Assembly: GCA_032718475.1 (NCBI GenBank)
Contig: JAUCBJ010005915.1
Span: forward strand, 1 to 61,868
Length of the DNA stretch: 61,868 nucleotides
Source: Nemertoderma westbladi
Taxonomy: Eukaryota > Animalia > Xenacoelomorpha
Reading direction: 5' to 3'
Shown: positions 25,027 through 36,104 of the stretch, piece after piece
Position numbering within the stretch: position 1 is the first letter of the stretch
How the letters are laid out: each line of letters opens with the position of its first letter
Translations under genes and position numbers: made by a program
The notes under the pieces: model-generated
What the model was told of the DNA's origin: nothing
Database searches by the model: none
What the model saw: only the letters and a program-made list of their open reading frames with translations

Positions 25027-26915
25027 TTGAGAATTAAACCAAGGTTTATTATTTTATAAAACCATAGTTTGAGAATTAAACCAAGGTTTATTATTTTATA
25101 AAACCATAGTTTTAGAATTAAACCAAGGTTTATTATTTTATAAAACCATAGTTTTAGAATTAAACCAAGGTTTATTATTTTATAAAACCATAGTTTGAGA
25201 ATTAAACCAAGGTTTATTATTTTATAAAACCATAGTTTGAGAATTAAACCAAGGTTTATTATTTTATAAAACCATAGTTTTAGAATTAAACCAAGGTTTA
25301 TTATTTTATAAAACCATAGTTTTAGAATTAAACCAAGGTTTATTATTTTATAAAACCATAGTTTTAGAATTAAACCAAGGTTTATTATTTTATAAAACCA
25401 TAGTTTTAGAATTAAACCAAGGTTTATTATTTTATAAAACCATAGTTTTAGAATTAAACCAAGGTTTATTATTTTATAAAACCATAGTTTTAGAATTAAA
25501 CCAAGGTTTATTATTTTATAAAACCATAGTTTTAGAATTAAACCAAGGTTTATTATTTTATAAAACCATAGTTTGAGAATTAAACCAAGGTTTATTATTT
25601 TATAAAACCATAGTTTGAGAATTAAACCAAGGTTTATTATTTTATAAAACCATAGTTTGAGAATTAAACCAAGGTTTATTATTTTATAAAACCATAGTTT
25701 TAGAATTAAACCAAGGTTTATTATTTTATAAAACCATAGTTTGAGAATTAAACCAAGGTTTATTATTTTATAAAACCATAGTTTGAGAATTAAACCAAGG
25801 TTTATTATTTTATAAAACCATAGTTTGAGAATTAAACCAAGGTTTATTATTTTATAAAACCATAGTTTTAGAATTAAACCATGGTTATGGGGCGCCGTTT
25901 GGGCCAAAAATAAAAAAAACATATTATATTAAAAAGTTATAATGGTATGTTTTTTATCTTGCCGTTTGGGCCAAAAGTTGTAATGGTATGTTTTTTTATC
26001 TTGCCGTTTGGGCCAAAAATAGCTGAGAGGGAAATTTGAATTATCACTTTCTATATACTGTATTTAGCAATTGCAATTATCATCATACCTGTGAGCCTGT
26101 CTGCCTATACATGATTGTGGATTGTATTTACACTCGGTGTACCGTATCGCTGTAGGAGTGGACTTTAGGCTTACCTCCCGCTGTATGGCTGTATGGGCCT
26201 TGGCCTACCAGTACTCATATACTGTCACTGGGTAATGCTGTAATGCGTTAGGCTGTTAGGTACAAATCAGTATACTTTAGGCCCTGTAGCATTACACATT
26301 GTGCTTGTGATAGGCCTACATCTTGTGGTCCACAATACTGCAATACTGAGGCATTAATGTCAGACAGTCAGAATGTCATTTGTACCTAACAGCCTAACGC
26401 TACATTACAGCATTACGCAGTGACAGTATATGAGTACCGGTAGGCCAAGGCCCATACAGCGGGAGGTAAGCCTAAAGTCCACTCCTACAGCGATACGGTA
26501 CACCGTGTGTAAATACAATCCACAATCATGTATAGGCAGACAGGCTCACAGGTATGATGATAATTGCAATTGCTAAATACAGTATATAGAAAGTGATAAT
26601 TCAAATTTCCCTCTCAGCTATTTTTGGCCCAAACGGCAAGATAAAAAAACATACCATTACAACTTTTGGCCCAAACGGCAAGATAAAAAAACATACCATT
26701 ACAACTTTTGGCCCAAACGGCAAGATAAAAAAACATACTGTCATTATAACTTTTTAATATAATATGTTTTTTTTTATTTTTGGCCCAAACGGCGCCCCAT
26801 ACATGGTTTATTATTTTATAAAACCATAGTTTTAGAATTAAACCATGGTTTATTATTTTATAAAACCATAGTTTTAGAATTAAACCAAGGTTTATTATTT
26901 TATAAAACCATAGTT
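25027..26915. repeat. AT-rich minisatellite, 39-bp unit, interrupted by a foldback element
   Basis: Unit gaattaaaccaaggtttattattttataaaaccatagtttta/ga. About 22 copies before 25885 and about 3 after 26802. It sits inside a larger aaacc/ggttt-rich element at about 24619-27435. Confidence 0.95.
25886..26801. mobile_element. Foldback/MITE, TAT…ATA ends, 6-bp TSD CATGGT (IS3EU-like)
   Basis: Arms 25886-26267 and 26378-26801 are near-perfect reverse complements with a 110-bp spacer. CATGGT at 25880-25885 and 26802-26807. Confidence 0.88.
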
Positions 26916-28223
26916 TTATTATATAACCACTCTTTAAATGGGTGTGCAATTTTATTGTCAAAAGTAAGAAAAACTTAGTTTTCGTAATATTAAATGACTC
27001 GTTTTTATAGTTCAAGATATATACAACTATTATACAATATCTCATATTAATATCACATGAATAATACAATAATTCGATAAGGCATTCAGTACAATAATAT
27101 TCTAATAATTCATAAGGGCAATGAGTCATCAAAAGGGCATTGTTATTTAAGAGAAAACTAACACATACTGACATAACAGTACAAATATACAGGACATTGG
27201 TATACATATAATCTTGACTTACAGTATAAGAAGTTAATTCAGGTTTTCTTATAAAGTTCTTTAATTTTATATTCATTGTGGTTTTTGTAAAAAACCATGG
27301 TTATTTTTAAAACCGAGGTTTGTTTGCAAATATAGCTGTTGATTAAAATAAATGGCGGTTTAAATAGTATTTCGAGGAAACCTGGGTTTCTTCAAGGTAA
27401 ACCATGGTTATTTCTGAAATTGTACAATTTCAGCGCATCGAGAGCTTTCTGGTGATATATAATATTACAAAAAAATTTTTTTTACAAAAAAATAAATTTT
27501 TTTGGCCACCTTTTGTGTCAAATAGTTATTACGAAAAAAATGGCATAAAAGAAGCATTTTTTTTTAAATATTACAATTCAATAGTCAACCCAAAATGTTA
27601 CACTTATTCGCTGTTTATTCGCTTATTCGCATTCCAAAAAACCCCTTAATGTTAAGGTAAGTTGACCATTATTTTTTTACTCCAGCTATACCTTGCAGGA
27701 AAGGCGACATCTGCAAAAAGGTCGGTTCACAATTCTACACATATCATCTTATTCATTGTTCATATCATAGGCCCAGACCATTTATGAATTACCCATCGGT
27801 GAACAGTTTTCACACCCATATACCTGTTTTCACAAACATTCCTTCCATTAGTTGTCTCATCTATAACTAATAATAAATAATAGTATTTTTTTTTAACTCA
27901 ACATTTTTTGGACATGGCTCATTTTTGCTCATAATACTCGAGCTGAATATTTATTGATTTGTACTTCCCTCCTGTTTCACTCCAACATTCTTGAGGCCGG
28001 TCGTAGGTCCGCTGTTAGAGATTGGAAATATGCAACTTAAGACTGTCCGTTCAATAGAAGTAGATAAATTATAGGAATCAGGCTGAAACAGGCCTACTTA
28101 TAGTGCTGGTTCAACCCCTTGTGACGTGCTTCCTTATTTTATCAATTTCTGAAGTGAATCATACTGAAAACAAAACACCTATGCGATTTTTTTCTATCAC
28201 TTGAATAATTATCGTTGTTTCAG

Positions 28224-28388
28224 ATGAAGAACATTATCGAGAAATGGGCCGGCGATGCCCTCCGTACCATTTGCGTTGCCTATAGGGACTTCGACGAACC
28301 TTTGGAGGACTGGGAGGATATATCCATAATGAGCCGAGATCTTACATGTATCTTACTTACCGGAATCAACGATCCGTTGAAAGAGGGG
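28224..28388 (+). CDS. ATP2B: PMCA exon (…ALRTICVAYRDF…GINDPLKEG)
   Basis: tttcag acceptor, GTGAGT donor. LRTIC and DP hinge motifs. Confidence 0.94.
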
Positions 28389-28945
28389 GTGAGTTGGTAT
28401 GCCAGATTGTATCCTGTTTGAGGTGTAACCATTCGATTTATTTATAGTTCGTTATTATTAGGCCTACCCGCGGTTACATACATGCATCGGGCGCATCTAA
28501 GACCGGACTTGAATCCTTTAGCAAGAGGGGGGTGGGGGGGGGGGGGGCTTAAATGGTCGCAAATGACTTACCTGCAGGGTGGCGTTGGGTTTTGGTAATA
28601 TAATGTTACAGCAAATTTGTACAATGCGTCATCTGTTAAAGTGAAGTGTGAAGTGGTTGTCTATGAAATTCCGCGAAATTTATTTTGAGTGTAGAGTTAG
28701 GGTTACCTGAGGCTGCCACTAGATTGTAGCTGTAACTCTCTTAACTCTTAAAAAAATTACCTAAAACTGCTACGCGACGCCTCAAACAGGATATTCCCGG
28801 TGTTTCTGAACTTTAGATTTTTATTGAATTACAAATGAATTACAAGTGAATTACAAACCCGATATCGTGGTCATAATATTTTAATTTAATAAATCTCCTT
28901 GTTATAATTGTTCATATATTCTCCAATAAATTCATTCCATTTCAG

Positions 28946-29140
28946 GTTATAGAAGCCATTGATCAATGCCGACGGGCTGGTATTACTGTACGCATGGTTA
29001 CCGGTGACAATATCAACACCGCTAGGGCAATATCGCGTAATGCTGGAATTATTCCGTACGACCTGAGTGAAGAATCAATTGATAAAGTTGTTATGGATTC
29101 GGAAATGTTCAATAAAGCCATAAAGAACTCCCGTGGTGAG
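28946..29140 (+). CDS. ATP2B: PMCA exon (…AGITVRMVTGDNINTARAI…)
   Basis: tttcag acceptor, GTTAGT donor. TGDN motif. Confidence 0.95.
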
Positions 29141-29975
29141 GTTAGTCGATCTGTAATGTTGCATTCAGTCTCAGTGAATGAAATCCCATCCCAGCGAGCG
29201 AATTAACAATGTTGATGATTAATTTATGGAAAGTGAGAATGGCACGTTATTAACCAAAACAATAAACGAGAGTTAATCTTACTTAATAGCATGTGTTACA
29301 TCTTCATTGTCACTATATTTTCGATAATTAACTAGATGTTCAAATTTATTTTTAAATTTAGGCTACAATAAAAACTATGTAAAACTATAACTAATTCATA
29401 ATCCATAATAGATTATGAGCGTGCAGTGCAGTGAGGCAAATAGATCCATCATTAGTTTGGGAAATTATATTGAGCAATTTAAAGTTTACATAAGGTTTAC
29501 ATGCCCTCCTTGACTGCCACAATCTGCAATATTTCATTCTGCTAAATATATTACAGCCAAACTAATTTATAAAATATTTAACTGCGGTAATAGGAAGTAA
29601 CTAACTAACTATCTGACCTTTTCAGTATAATCTCGTTGCTCACCTATCAGGTTTACCCCTCCCCTACTGTACATGATCACTCGATGTTCTATGTATACAA
29701 CACGGACGCCATGCCAACCCGTCTGGACATCTTTTAATAATTTTATAATTTACGCATTCCCATTACGATCTGAAACTGTGAACCTAAGATAATTTTAAAT
29801 ATGAATTTAGCATGAAAGAGTATTTTTAACTTTCGCATGCTATACAATGGATGATAACTTCTCACTACTAAGGCAGGCAAAATGCATAGCCGGGGCGCGA
29901 ATACCGGACGATGAAATGAATTCTCTCACCGACTTACTAAACTCTATTAATGTGTTCTCTGCTTATTTCCCTCAG

Positions 29976-30362
29976 GTTGACCAGTTGCTGATGGACCAGG
30001 TATGGCCGGATCTGAGAGTGTTGGCCCGTTCCTCGCCCACAGACAAGCACACACTAGTCAAGGGGATAATAGACTCGACCCTGACCGCGGCTCGCGAGGT
30101 GGTCGCAGTCACGGGCGACGGCACCAACGACGCCCCCGCTCTCAAGAAGGCCGACGTTGGTTTCGCTATGGGTATCGCCGGCACTGATGTCGCCAAAGAG
30201 GCTTCTGATATTATCATAACGGATGACAACTTCGCCAGCACTGTGACCGCGGTGAAGTGGGGACGGAATGTTTACGACTCCATCGCTAAATTCCTTCAGT
30301 TCCAGTTGACTGTCAATGTTGTCGCTGTAACAACGACGTTCTTTGCCGCTTGTTTTATTGAT
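29976..30362 (+). CDS. ATP2B: PMCA exon, P-domain to TM5 ([11 protein letters not shown]…[16 protein letters not shown]…[13 protein letters not shown])
   Basis: ccctcag acceptor, GTAAGT donor. Highly conserved PMCA sequence. Confidence 0.97.
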
Positions 30363-30858
30363 GTAAGTCGTTAGGACTTGGAGTTTGTAATTTATTCGAA
30401 AATGGAAATATTTAATTAAAAACAAAGCTTTTACTTCTTTAAAAATGAATGTTAAATTAAATATTATATCGTTAACATTCTGTTTTTCATACCGGTACTG
30501 ACAGGACGGGACGGGACGGCTATGATTAGCTACGGTATGTGCGGTAGGCCTACTGTGGTACCGGTAGAGTATGCAGACAGTCAGTAAAATGAAAGTAAGT
30601 GGTATGCGACCAGTACCAGGTGTACCGGTAACGTGCCTAACTCATATGCTGCTGGTATCCAACCCGCAGTAATAACAATCTCAGTCGCCGTAAAAAGTAA
30701 CCCGTCGTATAAAGTTCTTCGTTTTGTACTTTTTCTAGCTAATGTAGTTCATAAAATTTCCATTTTCGAATAAAGTATTTTTTTAAAATAATATATAAAT
30801 TTGCTGTTTCCAAGTGTTAAATGTTCTTAAATATTAACCTCATTTACCAATATTGCAG

Positions 30859-31072
30859 GTGACACCATTAAAGGCCGTTCAAATGTTGTGGGTCAATCTC
30901 ATCATGGACACGTTCGCGTCCTTGGCATTAGCAACCGAGAAACCGACATTGTCTCTGTTGGAGCGAAAACCCTACGGTCGAACCAAACCTCTTATATCCC
31001 GAACCATGGCTAGAAATATTATAGGGCATTCACTATTCCAATTAGCTATCCTTTTCTTTCTAATGTTCGGCA
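30859..31072 (+). CDS. ATP2B: PMCA exon, TM6-TM7 ([25 protein letters not shown])
   Basis: ttgcag acceptor, GTAAGT donor. The TM6 Asn/Asp Ca2+ ligands are retained. Confidence 0.96.
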
Positions 31073-31449
31073 GTAAGTAAATGATAATACGCACCTTTGG
31101 TTAGGTCTATCCCTATATATATGGGACGATTTCTTAAAATGAAAACTTAAAACAAAAATTGAGGAAAAATTACGTGATTAAGTTAGAAAATATTTCGAAA
31201 AGGTGTTCATATTAAAATAACTATGGGAAAAGGGACTAGGGGGTAATTTATTAAAGAATAAATTTTACGACTTTGTGGAAGAAATAAATTTATGAAATTC
31301 GTTTATTTACCTTTCCGCTCCTTGGTGGAAACATTTCACCTCGCTCGTTAACTCTCGATCGGTAAATTGTACATCGGGGTCGTCAGGAAGGAAAAAAAGT
31401 TATATTTTTTCCCCATATAATAATTAGTTTATATTATCACCTTTTCTAG

Positions 31450-31676
31450 GTCCGAAGTTATTTGACTTTGACGATGAGTTGGCAATCCTCGCTGCGTTTA
31501 AAGGTAGACGCTACCCCCCAACTGAACACTTTACCTTTATTTTTAACGTATTTGTTTTCATGCAAATATGTAACGAAGTGAACTGCCGCGTTGTTCATGG
31601 CGAGCGAAACGTATTCAAAGGGCTCCACACCAATGCGATATTTATTACTGTTATTGTGGGAACTGTCTTAACGCAG
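31450..31676 (+). CDS. ATP2B: PMCA exon, TM8-TM9 (PTEHFTFIFNVFVFMQICNEVNCR…HGERNVF)
   Basis: ttctag acceptor, CAG|GTGAGT donor. Confidence 0.95.
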
Positions 31677-31849
31677 GTGAGTCTATATTCATTACATCAC
31701 CTTTTTAAGAAATTAAATTATCAAAAATAAATAAAAATTTTTTCAGTTCAGTTTTATTAACGGAACACTTTATATGCCTGTCTGGCTTTATAATACTGTT
31801 CGAGTTCGTATATCTTACACCTAATTACACTATTTATTAGTTTAGTTTC

Positions 31850-31945
31850 GTTTCGGTACGAATGCTCTAAAGGGACTAGCTAGGGGACATCTCTACCTCG
31901 CATCCTTAATTGCTAGCTAGATAAGTACTATAGTTTTCTCTGGGG
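31850..31945 (+). mobile_element. SINE family A, 5' half (3' half at 33536-33610), split by an RTE insertion
   Basis: The two halves are collinear with the 17875-18070 copy. tttctctgggg is duplicated at the break. Confidence 0.7.
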
Positions 31946-32374
31946 CTTTCGGGGCAAATACCACACCCTGGTTTGCCATTCCACAGGGTGGGTGTCGCAG
32001 TGGAGTCAGATATGAGGCCCATCACCCATATCTACTCTGGCGCACATGACCCACCATTGGCTGTGTAGCTCATCTGCTGGGTCATGCCCTGTACCCTTGC
32101 TGCCAGGTGCAGGTCGCAGTGAAGTGCTCTCAGAGTGGACATGAGAACACTCTACTCCTGACCAGCCATTGGTAGATCACCATCTGCCTGGCCAGGCTAT
32201 ATACCCCTGCAGCCAAGTATATGGCTCAATAATCCAGGACCAAGGGTGTCCTTATCCCAGAACGAAGGGGGTCCTAGTTACAGGACCAGATTTGCCCTAG
32301 TAAGAGGGTCTATGCAGCCACAGGTGGCACCTCCTTCATGCTGCATGGAGGTGGCAAGTTTTCTTGAACAATGA
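31946..32374 (-). mobile_element. RTE-type 5'-UTR segment with duplicated structured motif
   Basis: The - strand contains ggaatggcaaacca…gtatttgcc, which resembles the BovB/RTE UTR core GGAATGGCAAACCAC…GTATTCTTGCC. It directly follows the (TAG)n tail. Confidence 0.6.
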
Positions 32375-33535
32375 CCTACTACTACTACTCCTCCTACTAC
32401 TACTACTAGGATCGGCATGCTGCATCGACAAAATTGCGCCGCCACAACTCCCTATCACCCATGACATTTGCTAGATCATCCGCATCTTCAAGGCCAGTTA
32501 GGCCAGTCAGTTCAAGGCCTTTAAGATGCGTCTCAGGAAAGTCATGGGCTGTCCACCATGCTTATTCACTCCACGACGCTGCCAAAGTACAAAATTATGC
32601 ACTCCATCGTATACTGATCCGATTGCTGCAATAATTTCATCAGGAATCCCATATAATGAAAGTATGCTGAACATACGTGAGCGAGAGACTGAATCAAAGG
32701 CCTTGAAGAAGTCAACAAAGATAACAGCCAGATGCCTGGCTTTCTTTTTTGATAACTCTTCAATTATCCTTCTAAGTGCCAAAATGGGCTCCATGGTCCC
32801 ACGACCTTTACGGAACCCATTCTGATTTCCACGGAGCAGGCTCTCAATGGGATCCCTGATGCGATTTAATAGAATTATATTGTATAGCTTTGCAGCAATC
32901 GAGATTAATGAGATTCCCCGAAAAGAACCGTAGAGTGTTAGGTTGCCCTTCTTGGGAACTGGCACCAACTTATTTGTTTTCATTTCTTGTGGGACTCTTG
33001 TTGTTCGGTACATGTCTACTATGATGGGATAGATGAGCTTTAAACACTCAAGTATTTTAAAGACCTCAGGGGGAACACCATCTACTCCACTGGCACGATT
33101 GGTCTTAATGCTCTTTGCAGCAGCCTTCACTTCTGCAAAGGAGATATCGCCAATGGGAATATCTGGGAGTACAGACTCAGACACTTTTACTTCTATAAAG
33201 TTATCAGGCAATACCCTGTCATTATTGAGGAACTTTTCAAAGTGGGCCTTCCAACCATTGAGGCGATCGGCTGGTGATTCAGCCTTAACCTTGGTGGTTG
33301 GTTGGCTTTTCCGCCCAGTAAGCAGATTGATCGATTTCCATGCCTGGGGTGATTGCCTGCTGTCGTCAGCATCATTGATGGCATCAACCTGTTGGTTTAT
33401 TAGCTCCTGTAGATTAACAGAGTACTGCCTGTTCAGGGACCTAGATGCAGCCTTAACTGCATTCTTGGCCGCTGTAGTCTGTTTGAGTCGGGACTCTTTC
33501 TGCGCCTTATAGAATACCTGACCTGACCTGGAAAG
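32375..33535 (-). mobile_element. RTE-clade LINE fragment (reverse transcriptase N-half, internal deletion, C-terminus, (TAG)n tail)
   Basis: KLVPVPKKG, FRGISLISIAAKLY, NQNGFRKGRGT and FVDFFKAFDSV motifs. At about 32603 it jumps to VHNFVLWQ, so the YADD region is missing. Tail at 32375-32409. Confidence 0.92.
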
Positions 33536-33717
33536 TTTCTCTGGGGAGTATAGTTTTTGGGGGACCCCACTGGAAATATGTCATCAGACTTTGTTTTTAA
33601 TCCCTGATGATAAAAATCTTACTTATTGTTACTTATCTCCTCTGCGTAACTTCTTAACAGTAGCTGAAGTATGTTTAATCGCAGTTAAATCCACCTAAAA
33701 CAATAGAACTCTATATA

Positions 33718-35050
33718 GTTTGTTGGGCGAGCCACGAAGTTGGCGGAGCCTTAGCGAATTGACACTGTTAGGGGGTGGGTCAATTTATGCAAATAGTTGT
33801 CGTCGTCGTCGTCGTCGTTGTCGTCGTCGTCGTCGTTGTCGTCGTCGTCGTCGTCGTCGTTGTCGTCGTCGTCGTCGTTACGATTTTGACATGCTAATAA
33901 CTTTGTCGGATTTAAAGCTGCCAAGTTGAAAATTTGTAGGTATCAATATGAGCAAAAGTTGAGATTTTTGAGAGACTTTCAGACACCATCAGTGCAATGG
34001 TCTCCCGCTAGAGGGCCACATGTCTAAACATTAAATGCCCTCCCATTTCTTTGCTTTTAATCCGTTTAAGCTGAAACTTGGCAGATATGTATTAGACCAT
34101 TAGCTGTGACTTTCAAAGGAGGCGAATCCATCTGCAGTTCTCCAGTCTGCCGCTAGAGGGCCAAAGGTCTGAAAGTGAAATCGTTGTCGTCGTTACGATT
34201 TTGACATGCTAATAACTTTGTCGGATTTAAAGCTGCCAAGTTGAAAATTTGTAGGTATCAATATGAGCTAAAGTTGAGATTTTTGAGAGACTTTCAGACA
34301 CCATCAGTGCAATGGTCTCCCGCTAGAGGGCCACATGTCTAAACATTAAATGCCCTCCCATTTCTTTGCTTTTAATCCGTTTAAGCTGAAACTTGGCAGA
34401 TATGTATTAGACCATTAGCTGTGACTTTCAAAGGAGGCGAATCCATCTGCAGTTCTCCAGTCTGCCGCTAGAGGGCCAAATGTCTGAAAGTGAAATCGTT
34501 GTCGTCGTTATGATATTGACATGCTTATAACTTTGTCGAATTTAAAGCTGCCAAGTTGAAAATTTGTTTTGTTGAAAATCAGTTCAACAGTCACCCGCTA
34601 TAGGACTACTTTATGCCTGAAAGTGAATAGATTCTCCCGTCTCATTGATTTTAATCAGTTTAAGCTGAATCTTGCCATATATTCTGGACCACATGCTGCG
34701 TCTTTGTGGGGGGGGGGGGGGGGGGGGAGATTTAATCGGTCTGCCGCTATACGACGAAATTTCTGAAAGTGAGATCCGTCTCTCATTTCGTTATCCGTTA
34801 TTCAAGATGAAACTTGGCCGATGTACGTATGTACTATTCATCCATAGGCTGTGTCTTTGTGGGGCTGGAGACCCTAATCCATCTTCAGTTCTCACTATAC
34901 CGCTAGAGTCAGAAATGTCTGAATAGAAATGAAAGAGGTAAAAAGTGATTAGGCGAAATCTGCTTAAAATTTGCTAATACAGTAATACTTTCGAATTAGT
35001 ACTTAAATTAAATTTAAGTCACGTGCTGCGCGAAGGCCCCACTTCGTGTA
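33718..35050 (+). mobile_element. Helentron/HINE-like element with (CGT)n and 315-bp internal tandem repeats
   Basis: Same termini as the 10381 family (gggcgagccacgaagt…; cgtgctgcgcgaaggccccac). (cgt)n at 33797-33878. Units start at 33876, 34191 and 34506. Confidence 0.65.
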
Positions 35051-35106
35051 ATAGATAGTTTGTAATAGTTCGTGATATATTTACTCTTTGTTTGCAATCT
35101 TTCTAG

Positions 35107-35412
35107 GTAATTATCATTAATATTGGCGGTAATTGGTTCAAAGTGACGCCCCTTAGCGCCGAGTTGTGGCTCTGGTCCCTCATGATCGGAATGTCGGAGT
35201 TGCTATGGGGACAGTTGATCTGCTTCGTACCGACGGATAAACTTCCGCGGGGTCTCGCCTGGGGCAAACAGGCCCCCGCCACTGCCCGCTCGCGCGAACT
35301 CAGTATGCAGCGTGGGGGCGCCGCGGACGCGGCCAAACCCACATCGGAGCAGGACGATCTCAAGAGGAGCCGGGTGCTATGGCTCCGAGCCCACACCAGA
35401 ATGAAACAACAG
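35107..35412 (+). CDS. ATP2B: PMCA exon, TM10 and first half of CaM-binding domain (…LKRSRVLWLRAHTRMKQQ)
   Basis: tttctag acceptor, CAG|GTATTC donor. ELLWGQLI motif. Ends at the position equivalent to splice site C. Confidence 0.93.
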
Positions 35413-36104
35413 GTATTCTAATTGTTATTATTACTAAAATATATTTTTTAATAATTATCTTTTAACAAACCAATTAATTAGTTTTTTTAAATAATTTATA
35501 AAATATAGTTTATTATTTTATATATAACTTTTTTTATTTATTTATGATACCGTGTGATGGTTGTTTTTAGTTTATTTAATTAATTGTCTTTCTTTAAACA
35601 ATTAGAACATTATTTCTCAACACATATAAACAAACGGTCTACAAAATTGTCTTATTTAATATTAAATATACTTTTTGCAGTAAATATGATTTCACTTTGA
35701 CAGACTGTCGCTACCACACGCCCCCCCCCCCCCCCCCCATTATTACTTTCCATACGGCCTTTCTATTATTGCTCTCAAGTCATATTTCCACGTAGCCGTA
35801 ACGCGACATTCAGAGTCGCGTTACGGCTACTCTATTGTTTGGTTTTACATAGGGAATCATTATCAATATTATTCTATGGTGTTTACGTGCAGATGAGGTC
35901 CGAAAAATGCAATAATGTTTTATTCCAAAATTGTACTAACTGGGTATAACTATTAATAACCAGTAGCTATAAACTATTAACATGGCTCCAAACGCCACCA
36001 TAAATATAAGCTAACTTATTTATAACATAATTTATGTCAATTTTACATTTATTTATACAGCAACTCATTTAATTTGTACAGTTTCTATCACTTATAATGT
36101 ATAT

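Noticed and set aside
25008-25922. 304-aa (LILKLWFYKIINLG)n ORF or a CRISPR-like array
   Set aside because: Contiguous 39-bp tandem units with no unique spacers, a eukaryotic context and no cas genes.
32040-32200. Hammerhead ribozyme (CAGAUGAG resembles CUGAUGAG on the - strand)
   Set aside because: The core differs at a conserved U, and there is no suitably placed GAAA or cleavage triplet.
33720-33929. Protamine-like Arg-rich ORF
   Set aside because: It is the (CGT)n microsatellite of a repeat element.
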